A program made the position numbers and the translations under genes. Source: Gnetum montanum (taxonomy: Eukaryota; Plantae; Gnetophyta). Taken from it: 64,000 nucleotides of DNA. The stretch lies in assembly GCA_015680685.1 (NCBI GenBank), contig MNCI01000909.1:1-64000 (forward strand), in the 5' to 3' direction. Below, in pieces: positions 12,950-27,358 of the stretch (its first letter is position 1; every line of letters begins with the position of its first letter). Under the pieces are notes generated by a model. The model had not been told where the DNA came from and searched no databases. It saw only the letters and a list, made by a program, of their open reading frames with translations.

Positions 12950-14967
12950 ATGGTTGATTTGATTGATCAATTCATTTTCTTCCATGTCAACTATCTTGAA
13001 TGGTCCATTACATTGCCATAGGCCTTGATGAAAAAGAAAGGTATTTCCTAGTTGGCTGAGAATTTGTTGGCATGTTCAAGCATAGCCTTGAGGACAAGAT
13101 ATTCTTCTTTGATCTTTTGCTAAGTAGGATCATAATGGTAACCCTATTTCTTCTTCTCTTGATATCATTCAATGTTGGAAAGCATTTGTATTCACTATTC
13201 CTCCACCAAATTGAGGTCAATGATATGGATCTCATTATTCTGCTCATCATTGATGGAATCAAACAGAGCTACTCTAATAGATGGAATCTACAATTCAAGA
13301 GGCAAAATGGCTTTAGATCCATAAACTAGGCTATATGGGATGACACTACTTATGGTTCTAAAGGTTATCGTATAGGTTCAAAGTGCATACAAGAGTTGTT
13401 CATGTCATTTTCCTTTGTCATTATTTACCATCTTCTTTAGAATATTTATGACAACCTTATTACTAGCTTTAGCTTGACCATTAGCTTATGAATAGCATTA
13501 CATTACATTAGCTTATTAGCTACTAAGGTCCAACATTTCACTTATTTTCTTTAATGTAATATAATGCTATTCATAAGCTTGACCATTAGCTTATGAATAG
13601 TAATAAGATAATTTTGATGAATAGTAATAAGCTAATGACTGTCATCATATGAAATGTAATGCTTAATATTTAATCATTGAAAAAAGTTTGCATGTCTTGG
13701 CTATTAAAATGTGGTGTGTTGTCTCTAAGGATGGTTAGAGGTAGGTCAAAATTGGATACTATGTTGTCTAAAATGAATTTATAGACTTGTTGAGATGTTG
13801 TTTTCCTTAGAGGAATAGCTTCAACCCACTTTGTAAAATACTCAGTTGTTGTGATGATGAAGTTATGTCCTATGGAGATCATAGAAATTATTAGTTTAAC
13901 TATGTTAATTCTGCATCTTTGGAATGGCCATGTGATTTGTGTAATATGTAACTTAGTTGATGGCTTGTATATAAGGTTGTTGTATCATTGAAAGATGTCA
14001 CAAGTATTTACCTTTTTCAAGTAGTTGCTTTCAACATAAATCCAGTTGTATCCTAGGCATTTAATCTTGAAAGCCATGGCTTTAGGTCCTATATGTCTTC
14101 TACATATGCCATCATAAATATGTTCTAGGAACATATGGGCATCTAATTTGCTTAAACATACTAATAATACACCATTGTAGGATCTTTGACATAATGTGTT
14201 ATTATCTACAATGACATCTTATTTCAATTTTTTATGTACAAAATCCTTTTGAGAAGCTGTTAGGTTTTGTGGAGGTTCACCATGCATTAGATAAAACTTG
14301 ATGTCATTGTACCACTCATGTTGGGGGATGTTATCTATGGTTGTTAAATAGGTGCTTTGAGCATTTTTCCTGATGGAAAGAGCATAATTTTCTATCATGG
14401 CTAAACACATTAGATGTCATACTTAAGGCTAAGGGAATTAGCTAAGGTGTTCTTAGCTTAGGGAATGTGTTGGATGATAATATCTATAAACTATAGCAAG
14501 AGTGTGTGGCTAAATCATAGTAAGACTATTAATATTTAGCTTTGTAAGCATAGACTTTGGTTACTTGTTTGACCATTGGTTACAAATCAACTTTTGTGAT
14601 GAAACATGTAAATTTATAGTTATGAGCTATCATCAATCCTCTGATTAATCCTTAATATTCTACTATGTTTTTAGTACATGAAAATTAAAGACAATAAGTG
14701 AAATGTTGGACCTTACTAGAGGAAAATGTTATGATGACAGTAGCACTGGCTTCATATGTAGTTAACGCATAGTTAAAGTGCATGATGACCTCATAAACTT
14801 TAGGCACATCATTAACAATGTTGACATGTTAATTAAGAAACTTAGGATCTATGGCTACATTGTGTTATACTAAAGAAGCAACTAATTGAATGACTATGGC
14901 TTAACCTTTTGCTGAGGGTTGGAAAACATGATGTAGGTCAAACTCAACTATGATGGCTTTCCATCAG
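12950..14967 (-). pseudogene. Element A integrase, additional (archaeal-type) RNase H and RNase H C-terminus
   Basis: ORF fragments TEYFTKWVEAIPLRKTT..VYKFILDNIV and EWYNDIKFYLMHGEPP; also WKAIIVEFDL. Confidence 0.85.
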
Positions 14968-15827
14968 TGATGAGTGGAGTATACCCTATGTCTAGTCATA
15001 AAAATCATTAGTGTTCACTCAATGATCTAGTTAAATTCCAAAGACTTTATGTTTCTTCATACACTGGTTCTAGGAGGTGAAAGTAATCATTGCAATTGTT
15101 GTCTTCCTATCTCCACTTGTGAAGTTCAAGGGTATGATTAAGTGTAACTAGGGCATATGATTTTTTATCATTTTTACCTTTTATAAATTAATTTTCTCAA
15201 GAAAAAAATTATAATAAAGAATTAATTAATCTAAGATTTAACTAATCTAATAACTAGCTATCACTTAACTAACCCTAACATAAGCATCCATTCCCACTTT
15301 CCTTCCATATCCTGAACATGTATAGTACCATTGGCTTACCAAATGTTAAGAATGACTAGGATTACCAAGCATTAAACATATGCTTAAAATGGTTGTACTT
15401 ATGTTTGGTATTTAATTGCTATTAATTAATTAATTACTTAACTACTTAAAAACATTAGAGGAAATTGTTTGAATATTAAATGTGTAAGAAAATAATTAAT
15501 CTAGTCCAAGTGATGCAAGGTTTGTTAGAAAAGCTTATCTTTATTGCCACACACACTAAAGTGATTAAGTACAATAGTACTCAAATAAATATTCATACAC
15601 TCTTTGAATTATATTGTAGGCACTTAGAAAATATTCTAACTTTCAAGTGGAAAAAAAAAAGTAACACTTTGCTACAACTATAAGACTTATGCCAAACTAG
15701 GATTCCCCATTGATGAGTACATGTCAAAAAGTCAAAACCTACATTGGTGGGATCATGTCGATGAGATCCCATTGATGGGATCACATAAACAACATCCCAT
15801 CGATACAACCAAACCATGATGACATCA
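14968..15827 (-). repeat. 3' LTR of Athila copy 2
   Basis: TG...CA ends, adjacent to the PPT (plus-strand TACCCCCA at 15828-15835), and similar to 27359-28213. Confidence 0.9.
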
Positions 15828-16049
15828 TACCCCCATAACTAAATGAAAACTCATCCTCAAGTTCTTTACAAAATTTTGGAAGGTATGAAATTATTAACTA
15901 ACTACAAAATTATTAATTGACTATAGACCAATAAAAAAAAACACAACAAAAAATGAGTGCCCCAAGTGTACAATTTTACAATCATCACAAAATTTTGGTA
16001 TTCAAGACAACAAAATTGAACACAAGGAAAAGATTAGAAAACATAATTC

Positions 16050-18906
16050 CTCTAATGGCATAAAGATGATGAAGAAGATCAAATGGTCCTAGGTAGTGGA
16101 GGCTCCTAAGGCTCTAATGGACCTTCTCCTACCTTGGACACATGTGCTGGTTGAGGTAATTATGGTTGTCCTATGGTGGCTACAACTTTTGGTGAAAGAT
16201 AGAAGATGTCCAACAGTGCCTTGATCTTCTCCTCCTTACTTCAGGGATCATTCAGAATCCACATTACATGACCAATGAAAATTGGAATGGAAATATCCCA
16301 TAGATAGGGAATTGTAGGGAATAGCTTCTTCACATTCATGAACTAGGCAATGAACTATTTACATTCGATGTCAAATGCTTTGAGTGCATTCTACAGCTCA
16401 TGGTAATCATTCATCCTTTTGGCCAGGTTCTTAATAGTTGATCATTGATTAATGAACTTTATCTTAAGAACCTAGAGTTTGGCATTCGTAATCTCAAGCT
16501 TCTTCTTGGTCTCTTTATGGTGCTTGAACTCTGCCTCATATAAAAAGTATGAGTTGGCCACTTGTTTCTTCAATTTAGACCATGGCCTTCTAGTAGTCAG
16601 CATTGCCAAGTTTTTGTACTAGAGATTGGCAAGCTCCATGTATGCAGTCATCTCCTTGATTTGTAGCTCCTTCATGTTGATTTCTACCTTGTTGTATGCA
16701 TTCAACCCATCAAAGATAGGCTTCTAAACATCACCTCCTTCTTGGATCTCTTAGAGGGTTTCATTCACTTTTTCCTTCGCCAATTGGATGTGTTTCAAAT
16801 TAAATTCTTTCTGTAGACCAACCTAATCTCTATAATGGTTTTTGACTCTCTTAAATTTGAGAGCCTTGTTCTTTTAGGTGGCTCTTTTTATTGCATACTT
16901 TTGGTGAAGGGCACAGACTTCCTCCATGGAGAGGTTTCTATTTTTTACTACCAATCCCCTCAATTCATTATTTATCCTAGCTAACTACTCATATTTTTTA
17001 TGGATAAAATCTACCATTTTCTACTTCTGTGTAGCAACATTCCTTAGGCAATGATTCTCTACGGTTAGGATCTCATTCTCTTGGCATGTCTAGGCTAAGT
17101 CCTTTTGGACATTGCACATTGTGGTGTTGGCTAAGGATTGGCCAAAGACTACCAACTCCTTAGCATCCTCAACTTCTTTAAGTTTTTTCTGAAGCTATTG
17201 AAAAGCTTCATAATAGGTTAGTGCTAGGATGAGAAACACAAAATCAGCAGGGTGGGCTCTTAATTCAGCAAATTTTATAGCCAAGCATTGGTTTTGTGAT
17301 ATGGCTATTTTAAGTTGCCTCTCTAGTATAATGCATTTGCCCCTTGCCTTGAGTAGCTCTGACTATGTTGTAGTGATGGTATCTGAAAGATCAAAGACAT
17401 CTAAAATTGGTTGCCTAGTTTCCACCAATTGGTTTAGCAATTCCTCATGCTAGGCTATGCTCAATCTATTGGTAATTATTCATATAGATGTTTTCACATC
17501 TCTCTATGTAGAAATTTTTGGTACAGATACTATAGGTGCGTTAAGTGCTTTGGCAATTCTATCAGCATCACCAAGATAGTTGCCCCATCACCCTTCTCCA
17601 AATGTATTGAAAATGTAGCGATGTTCCCAAGGATGTATTGGAATTGCTGCTCCTATAAGAGAGATACCATTACCTCTCAGGGTCTAGGATTTGACCTCAT
17701 GAGTAGCTCCATTCTTTGGGTTAGAAAATGGATCCCTCATATTCTATCTAACTTATGGTTTGGACTACTTTATTGAGGTGGCTCATTATTGGTCTATACA
17801 TAGATGGATCACCACCACTCATTCCTTCTTGTTGTTGCTACTAGTATAAGAGCTAATCTCAAAGTTCATGCATATGCTCAAGGGTAAAATGAGAGTTTGA
17901 CATTATTTTATGAGTGGGTGGTGGAGGTGGTTGTTTTTTCTCCTCTTCTTGAATGACTTTGGTAGGAACTTTGTCCTTCATCATTTTTACCCAAGAGGTA
18001 TTTGAGCTTGTCAAATGACATCATTTGTAAAGTGTGTTATGCCTCCCCTCTTGCATAACTTTTTAATGAGGCACTGAAAAGGAAGTACCTTCCTTTCATA
18101 TTTATTCTCCTTAAAACACTTATAAATTTTAAAATAGATCAACTATGGAAGGTTGACTGGGAATCTATCATTTAGAGTGGTAAATGCATAGGCAAAGAAG
18201 GCTGTGATCTTACTTAGCCTCACAGTTGGATTAAGGTGAAAGGTTGCAATCTTGAAGTATGCATGCTCCATCATGGTGAGTGCACCAAACTCCTTATGTT
18301 CCACTCCATAACACCATTGCATCCATTCTTTCTTGATGCTAGGATTTTCCTACATTGGAATCTCTACAAGATTGGTTCAAGATTTTGGTAACCCAAGGGC
18401 CTCTAAAATTCATTTCACTAAGTAGGACATTGAAATGTCCTTAATATTGACCTTTGAACTAGCTTGCCTATTGTTCCAGAACAAGGATGTCTCTCTCATG
18501 TCTCACTCCCTATTGAAAGTGGTAGTGGGCCACATGGGATAGTTCTACAATTGGGCTTTCACTTCTATAGGTGCAAACTCCAAGAAAGGTCCAAATTTTA
18601 ACTCTTAGAGCATAGATTTCTAGATCTACTTATTTGTGATCTACTTCAGATAAGCCTCCGTCAAGGTGGTCTCAAGTTTTAGTCTTAGTTATGGTGCCTC
18701 ATCTTAATGAGATTATTCTATCATGGTTGCTTCAGAAATTTTTTAGACAAATTCCATTTCATGCTCCTCCCGAAGAGGTCTCGTTGCATGGGTTTCTGCT
18801 ACTTGCTCATGGGATTATTCTTAGCCTCTTTTGGTTTGTGGACATTTATTCCTTGGTTGGGATGGTTCTCCTTTCTACACATTCTTTCTACACATTTAGG
18901 TGCCAT
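16050..18906 (-). pseudogene. Athila ORF2 (env-like/accessory): N-terminal Transposase_32/PMD-like domain plus long coiled coil
   Basis: Splice-acceptor-preceded ATG at 18906. Translation includes ILEALGLP...RLSKITAFFAYAFTTLNDRFPVNLP, then K/E-rich heptads. Many stops. Confidence 0.75.
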
Positions 18907-21059
18907 CTATGGTGACAACATAATCAAGGATTAGCATATAAAGCATAACTTATAACTTTTAAGTACCTTAACTCATTGGGTAGTTACACTTAGGATAAGT
19001 TATGCTTATGGTGGATTGATTATTTTAATATTATTATAGTGTTATTTCATTTTTAATGTCATGGGAGCTTATTGGAAAGGTTTGAATATCATAATTTGAT
19101 GTTTTAATGTTAGTTTCTTAGTTAAACCTTTGTGGGAGTTAGAATTTTTAAAAAGAAATTTCCAAAAAAAAACTTAAGGTTTGTGGCCCCCACGACAAAG
19201 AGCTTACCTCTGCTAGCTACAAGATTGAAGAACAGAGTGAATCAAACAAATGCTTAGGAAGTTATAGCTCTTGAAAGGTTTTGGGCTCTAAAAAATTCAA
19301 AAATCCCCTTGTCATGTTGGATCAAATATGAAAAAGTCACTAAGGGGCATTGTGTATATGTAGAGTTTTGACCTTGCATTGATGAGGTCCTATTGATGAG
19401 GTCTTGTCTATGTAGGAGTTTTGTATACAGGGTATTGTCAACGGAGCTATTAGAGAAAATATTTCTAGTTAAATATTTTAAAAAATACAAGGAGTTAAAG
19501 CATGAATTTGGGATCTATATAGAGATAGAAAAGCCATGAACATGATCGAATACTAGAAGAGGGCTTATTAATTCACAAAATTAATGTTTTTATTGAGAGA
19601 ATAAAAATTTAATGGAGGAATGCCTTAAGGAGTGCACAGTTGGATGCAACCAATGGGGAATGTAGTGAATTGATTATACAAATGTCTAAGGATAAGGAAC
19701 TTAACTAATCCAAGCAAGAGAGATGTAAGTGGATCCTCCCCATAGTAGGCTCATGCCCTTTTTGCCCTTGCATATCCTCAAACCAAGGAGTCCGTGGGCC
19801 CCATAGTTGATTAGTGGTTATGTAAAGTTAAGAACCTAATTGAGAAGAATATACATAAGAATCTCAACTCATCAAAGTAAGATATTGAACAAGACATGAA
19901 AAATTGGTAGTGAGGTGAATTATGGAAAGCATTGGTGGAAGAGAGAGGAAGTGGAATGGGGTTCCATCTCATGGTCACATGAAGTTCCTTGTGGATTTTG
20001 TGGTTAAATGACCCAATAAAATCCATCCTTAGTTGAGATCGAAACCAACCATTTTTAGTGACTTCCCATTGATACTCTAAGACTAAGCTACCCTCTTAAG
20101 ACACAGGAATGCTCCCACAAATTAATCACCATTCCTTATTTGAGAAGACAAGGGAAGTTGAAAGTGAGAAAGGGCTTTAGTTAGAGAGGACCTTAAGGCA
20201 TGGGTAACATGTCTTTCTATCCCCATAACCAATGCTTATAGCCCATTATTTTTTCTAAGAGATGTAATTTGAATTTCCATCATTTTTTTTCTTGAAATTT
20301 TATGTTTTTATGGAATTTTGGATGGAACCAAACCATGTAAAAGCTTAACTTCTTGTTATTGGTTGAACGTGGAATGGTAAGAAATTTATGAAAAACACTC
20401 ATGAGCTTAAGTGAGTAGAAAATTATGAAAATCATTGAGTCCCCTTGAAGTCATACGCTTATCAATCCATTGATCTTTCTCAAGTTTGGAAACTACCAAG
20501 GTCACAAATTTGTTAAGTTTCTATTAAAGAAAGTGACCTCATATTTCCAAAACTAGAAACACCATAGATTACTGTGGATGAGTGGATGATGTGGACTCAT
20601 TGCCTATTCCATGAAAAAGAAACTGTCTTAGTTATTGATCTCAAAATTTAAAAAATAAAAACTAGACATTAATAATAAAAAACATTAAGTATAAATCACC
20701 ATTAGCAAACAGCTACAACATCACTATGTCTTGTTGGTAACAAAGCAATTTATTAGAAAACATAAAAGAAAATGGAAAATATGTAAGAAAGATCAAACAT
20801 ATTAATAATGTTGTAAAAAAATGTGAAAAACAACAGTGTAAAAACAAAAAGGATTAAAACAAAGAAGGTGTAAAATAAAAAGTGTAAAAATAACAAAGTG
20901 TAAAATAAAAAATTGTAAAACATAAAGGGTAAAAATTGAGAAGCCACTTAATTGATTAGCATGGATGACCATCTTCCCAATGACTATGTTGAAAGAAGGA
21001 GATTGAAAAGATTGAGCATGGTTGTCCATTTGATGAGGTGTTTCTTGCATTGGCTCTTT

Positions 21060-24000
21060 TGGGCTCATGGAACGGTGTTATTTGTTGTGTGTTGACCAAC
21101 TACTTCTTATTTTGGCTCTCAGGTTTGTAGATCAACATGGCCTTAGAAGGAAAGATTTCATAAATGGTATAAGGCCCTTCCCATAATGTTTTTAACTTGG
21201 TTCATTGAGGTACTTGTGTGATGTTCCAGTAAAGGACCTTGTCTCTAGGTTAAAATTTTACTTTCCTTATTCTAAGGTCATTACATTTTTTGTTGAATGC
21301 CTTACATACTTCATTCAAGGATAGGGCCATCAATCTATTCTCATATACTACATTAAGGTTGATCAATATTTCTTTCTATGCTAGGTTGAGGTTAAGATCT
21401 AGGCCATAGACTATTGAAAGTGTATGGAGCTTGGATTTAATTAGAAGAGTTGGCAATTTCCCATACACTAGCTCATAGGGAGAATAGGCTATAGGGAGTT
21501 TTCAAGTTGAGTGGTAAGTCCAAAGGGCATTGTTAAGTTTGATGCTCTAGTCTCTTCTATATTTGCTAATTGTTCTTGTTCAGATTTTAGAGATCTCCCT
21601 ATTGGTAACCTCTACTTAACCATTGTCTTGGGGATGGTAAGGTGTTGTTAATTTATGTTCTACCCCCAAGTGTTGCATGAGTTTTCAAATGGTGGTTCCT
21701 ATAAAATGAGTACCATTATCATAAATCAAGGCACATGGCATCCCAAACCTATTTATAACATTCTATTGTACAAACCAAGCAACAGTGAAGGATGCATAGT
21801 CAGTGATGGCTACTACTTCTATCTATTTTTTATAATATTTAATAATGACTCTAATATACACCTTTCCATTCGATATGGATGTGATGAGACCCATGAAGTC
21901 TATGCCTTAGATGTTGAAGGATTCTAGTGATTGAATTCACTATTGAGGTCCCTCCATCTGAGCAACTATTCCACCATCATGTTGACAATGATCATAAGAG
22001 TAAAAAAAGTTGTGAGGATCCCTAAAGAGTGTTGACTAATAATACCCTACCATTAGGATCTTAATAACCATGTATCTCATAACATAGTGGTACCCACAAG
22101 GTCCCTCATGAGCAGCTTGAAGAACATGTAGTTGATTAGCATCAAGAACATTCCAATGAATTGGGCCATCAACACATACCTTGTAAATATGTCTATTGAT
22201 CTCCATGAAGTGTTTGGCCTAATGAAGAAATTGTTTTTTTTTCTTGTTATCTAACACTTGTGGCATCTCTTGAGTAAGAAGATGAGTGAGGATGCCATCG
22301 TACCATGTAGGTTCATTGGCCATTTGTTGATTTATCACACCAGCAAAGAATAGTTCATCAAGAAAGTGATCTAAAAGTGGGCTATCCTTCTCTTTGTTAT
22401 TCCATTGTAACTAAGAGAAGTGGTTAGCAACCACATTCTTGGTTCCCTTTTGATCTACCATCATAAGTTCGAATTCCTACAAGATCAAAAGCCACTGTAT
22501 GATATGAGGGCTCACCATAAGCTTGTTTAATAGGAAGCAAATTGTACTATGATTTGTGTGCATGAATACCTTATATCCAAGCACATAATACCTAAACTTC
22601 TTCAAGGCATACACCACCATCATTAGTTCTTTCTCAATTGTGATGTAGTTTAGTTGTGCACCCATAATGCTTCATCTCATGTAGTGGATGTAGTATGGAT
22701 AATTTTTTATCATCAAACTATGTAAGCATAGCTCCCAAGGCATAATTTAATGCATTTTTTATGATGCAGAATGGTTTGGACCAATTAGATGCTCATAAAA
22801 TTGGAGTTTCTACAAGCCTTTGCTTGAGGTTATGAATACCTTTTTGCATTTCTCAGTCTAGATGAATGGAGCATCACTCTTTGTGAACTCCACAAATGGT
22901 TTAGTGATTTTAGAAAAATTCTCTATGAATCATTGGTAGTACACAGTGTGGCTAAGGAATGACTAGACATCTTTAACAGTTTCTAGTTAGTGAGTTATTC
23001 CTTGGATGATCCTAATCCTTTTAGGGTCCATCTCAATCCTTGCCTATGAGATTCTATGCTCTAACACAATGCCCTCCTATATCATTATATGGCTCTTTTG
23101 CCAATTGAGTTGAAGAATGATCTTCACACATCCTTTTAGCACTTGCTCAAGGTGGTTTAGGGCTTGCTTAAATGTAGTACCATAGGTGGAGAAGTCATTC
23201 ATGAAGACTTGCACCTTGCTACCGATATGCTCTTAAAAAATGCCAAGGATAAGGCATTGGAAGGTTGTAGGGGCATTGCATAGACCAAAATGCATCTTTT
23301 TGTATGCAGAAGTCCCCTAGGGACTTGTAAATGTAGTTTTCACTTGATCCTCCAATGCAATCTAAACCTAGTTATAGCCACTATAACCATCTAGAAAGTT
23401 GTAAAACCAATGCCCAAAGATAGTGTTCAATACCTGGTTCATAAATGGTAATGGGAAATTATCATTGTAGGTCATCATGTTCAATAGCCTGAAATTAATA
23501 TAGACCCTCCACTTCTTACCTTTCTTTGGAACAATTACAAGTGGAATAACCCATTTACTATTTGCAATGGGATAGATGAACCTCACCTTAAGGAGTTTTT
23601 GAATCTCCTCCTTAATAATCTACTTCAACTTGGGGTTCAATTGCCATTATGGCTACATCTTTGGCTTAATGGAAGGATCAATATAGATGTAATGTTGGCA
23701 TATCTTAGGATCAATCTTAGTGACTTTGGGATATGACCAAGTAAAGGTTGTTGACCATTTGTTAACCACCTTCAATAGCATCTCTTTTTATTCAGGAGCA
23801 AGATTGACATTGATTATCATTGGCTTGCTATTTTTCAGGAAAGCATACTCCATGCTAGGAGGTAGAGTTTTAAACTCAAGGGACTCTTGTTTAAGATTTT
23901 TATGGATTTCAAACTCTCCCGAATAAGTGTCATCAGTTTCGTCATTGGAGAGTTGGGGATGAACTTGCTCTAGTTCATCCATGCCTTTAACATAGATACT

Positions 24001-27000
24001 TGTTAGGCTCTTATTTGGTTCCATGTAAAGTGTGCTACATTTAGGATTAGTTGTCAGCCATTGGATATCCTCTTATTTTGTAGCTACTGTGTACATGCAC
24101 CTTTGAATTTCTATCTCATTTGCACACTATCTGCATGCTGTGATTGATGTACTTTTTATGCTCCATAGTTTTTGCACATAGTTGCACCCTGTATCATTGT
24201 ACGTGATGCATAGAACTCTCTTTTTCTCAATATTTCCAAATGAGTTTTCCTTAAAAATATCCAAGGAAAGGCCTTTGATATCCAACTTTGCATCAGTGGT
24301 ACTTAGAAAAGACCTTCCCATGATGATTGGAAAGTCCCTCTTGCAACTGTTAACTTAGATCACCAAGAAATTAGCAAGATATGACCACCCACATACGATA
24401 GTCACAATGTCATCAACCAATTCTAAGGGAATAGTGATGGATTGGTCTGCTAACTCAAGATGGATCTTACTCTTCCTGAGTGGAGGTAGGTTCCAGGCTT
24501 TATACATCTCATGAGAAATTAAATTAACACTAAAACTTAAATTTAGAGAAGCCTTACAAGGATCATTTCCAATGAATTACAAATAGATTAAGGGACTTCC
24601 AAGATTAGATCTTTCCTAGGAAGATGGCTAGCTTTTATTCAATAAATTATTACATGAATTAACATCATGGTATGCATCTTGGAAGATGTTTGGTTTGAAG
24701 TAGACTTGAATGGATTGGATGTAGAGGATGAGGAAGAAGCAGGATTATTAGTTGCATGAGTATGTGATGGCTTTGCAGGACTATTGGTTTCAAAGAATGG
24801 TCTTTTTCTAAATCTAATTTTTGAACCACTCAACTATGGATCTGGTTTTATGTTAATAGCCCTAATAGCATTTTGTTGCTATGGCAGGGTTGGAATCTCC
24901 TCTTGCATTGATGGAGTGGGTGGTAATTAGGTTGAGGGTGGAGGGACATGCATAGAAGGATGACGAGCCCCTCTTGAAGATGGAAATTAAGATCTATAGT
25001 ACATAGGAGGGTAGTAGTGATACTAGAATGAGGCATGATTAGAAGAGTCACACGGAGACATGGGTTGCTGAACATAGTACCCATATGGATCTAGTTACCA
25101 ATAAGGGTACTACTACCTTGGTGGTGGCATTCCCCACAATTGTGGATGTTTCCATTGATAATACTACTTAAAAGGTTGTGGTGGAACTCCACTTGGATAA
25201 TAGGTCTGTAGTTGGTAGAAGTGCCTTGGATTTCCTTAAGGATAAGGTAACCTTTTGGATGCTTGCCTTTTGGCCAATCTAGGATTTAGAGCATACACTC
25301 TAGATTCCTACAAGTGTGACATAATAGGGAAACATCCCTTAGGATGCTCATAATGAAAGATGTCACATCCACAATTTAGATCTTATATAGACTCCACAAC
25401 CTCATCTACTGTAGCAACCTTGCACTTACCCCTTTGATGGGCATGTTTAGCTTCCTTCCTTCTCCTACAATCATGATCACTACTATGCTCTTTAGATGCC
25501 TCTGCTATTTTTAGGGTTGTTTGGAGCTTTTCATTCATAGAGTCCCATATTTTTTCTACCTTAGCCAAAATATTAGGGATAGATTTTTTTAATTGGCAAG
25601 GTTTTTCATTGGACCACCTAATCAAGTGGTGTCTTTTTTTTTTCATTATCATAGAACCAGACTTTCCTTTTTTTGATGGAAGGATCATAGTTGTACTCCT
25701 CCACACTTTCTCTCTTTCTTAGCTCTCCTTCTTCTTTAGCAACCTACTCAATGAGCCTTTGGATCTAACAGAATCTTAATTCTAACAATCTCTCTTGGCC
25801 ATAGACCCCATGAATTCTTCTCATTTATAATCAAAGTCCATCTATGATATAATGAAGCTACTCTCTTTGAGAATAACCATTGCTAAGACATTAGTCCAAA
25901 AGGGAATAGTACCTATCCATGGCTATGTCCAAGGGTTCATGTGTTCCTTGTCTCCAACCTTGGATCTTCTTTCTTAGGTTAGACACTCAAGAGCACATTT
26001 GATATTTGTAATTGAATAGCTCAAGCATCATACTCCATTTATGGATTGATTGTGGCTCCAAAGACCAATAACAACTTTTAGCTTCTTTCATGAATGTCCA
26101 TGGGAATAACTTTAATTTGTACCATTCATTTTCCATGTTCTATAAGGCATAGGCATCATGAAAGGTTTGTAGATGGTTTTGCAAATTTGAGATATATCCC
26201 ACCTTGAACTTGGAGATATTGTTCATATTTAAGTGCTTTATTTTGCTATCGTTTTCATGCCTTGTTAGAATTCTCACTACCTTTGTGATATTCAACATAT
26301 TTTGAGTTGGAAGCAAAGGCTTATCATATTCATGGCCTCTATGATGGCCATGATGGCCATGATGCCCTTTTCTATTCCTTATCGTGTGGTGATGGGCCTC
26401 CATTAATTGCCCATGTCCCTGATCTCAGTTGGTCTAGTAGGCCCTATGATCATCTTAGCTCCATCAACCACCTCCATCATGGTCACGTCCTCTATAGTTT
26501 TAGTCTAAGCTAGAGGAGGAAGAAGAGGATGATGAAGGTGAAGAGGAAGAAGGGCTATCATTATGGTGCCAACCACTCCCTCTTCAATGGTCACAACCAT
26601 GATCATCATTGTGATGCCTATCCTTGTCCCTACCATGACTCCTATCTTTGGATCCCCCATGATCATGGGACCTATTCTTGCCTAATCCAAGATTATTTAC
26701 AATGGACTATAAATTCTAGTTCAAGCCCCCTTTGTTGAAACCAAGGGGAGGAGAGTTAGTGAAGTGAAAATCCCCATAGAAGTGATTCTCACTTCTTTTG
26801 CCCCAACAGGAACAAGCAGTTATTGAATTGTTTCCCCTTCACAGCTTCATAGGATTTCTCTTATTATTGATGAATTTTATATTATGCTTCAGTGGGATGA
26901 TAATCCTTGGAGTCATGATCCTACATAACATACCCAGCATGGAGCCCTTAGATGCCCAACCTCATAAGAGTTTGTTGAAGCATCATAGGAATTGATTGAT

Positions 27001-27055
27001 TAGGTGGCAACACAATGTTACCCTCCATGTTCCTCCATCAAATCTAGTCATGATG
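21060..27055 (-). pseudogene. Athila gag-pol (gag, protease, RT, RNase H, integrase), degenerate
   Basis: ORF fragments SKWVIPLVIVPKKGKKWRVYINFR..DNFPLP..FLDGYSGYN (RT), NYITIEKELMMVVYALKKFR (RH) and MGRSFLSTTDAKLDI (PR). Confidence 0.9.
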
Positions 27056-27339
27056 ATGTAGGAGGAAGGTGAAGTTAGATACATACTCATCTTGATGAGT
27101 ATATACCATTCAACATTTTTGGGATACTCATAGATTGATTATTTATTCCTTTGATTGGATGTATGCTTAAATTTTAGCGAAGAATCATCCCTATGAGAAG
27201 AATACATTTTAAATTAACAAAAATACTAATGTGCTTTTTATAGTTATTATTATTTAGAATCATTATGACTTTAAGGTTTGATCTAATGATTTTGAATGAT
27301 TATCACTAAGTCCTAGATAGCACACATAACTAACTAATA

Positions 27340-27357
27340 TCCCTGGAAATGATACCA
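27340..27357 (-). promoter_or_regulatory. Primer-binding site, tRNA-Asp type (Athila)
   Basis: TGGTATCATTTCCAGGGA directly after the 5' LTR, a mostly deaminated form of the canonical Athila PBS TGGCGCCGTTGCCGGGGA. Confidence 0.75.
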
Positions 27358-27358
27358 A

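Noticed and set aside
26140-26738. His-rich ORFs suggesting metal-binding proteins
   Set aside because: They are alternative frames of low-complexity Athila gag sequence.
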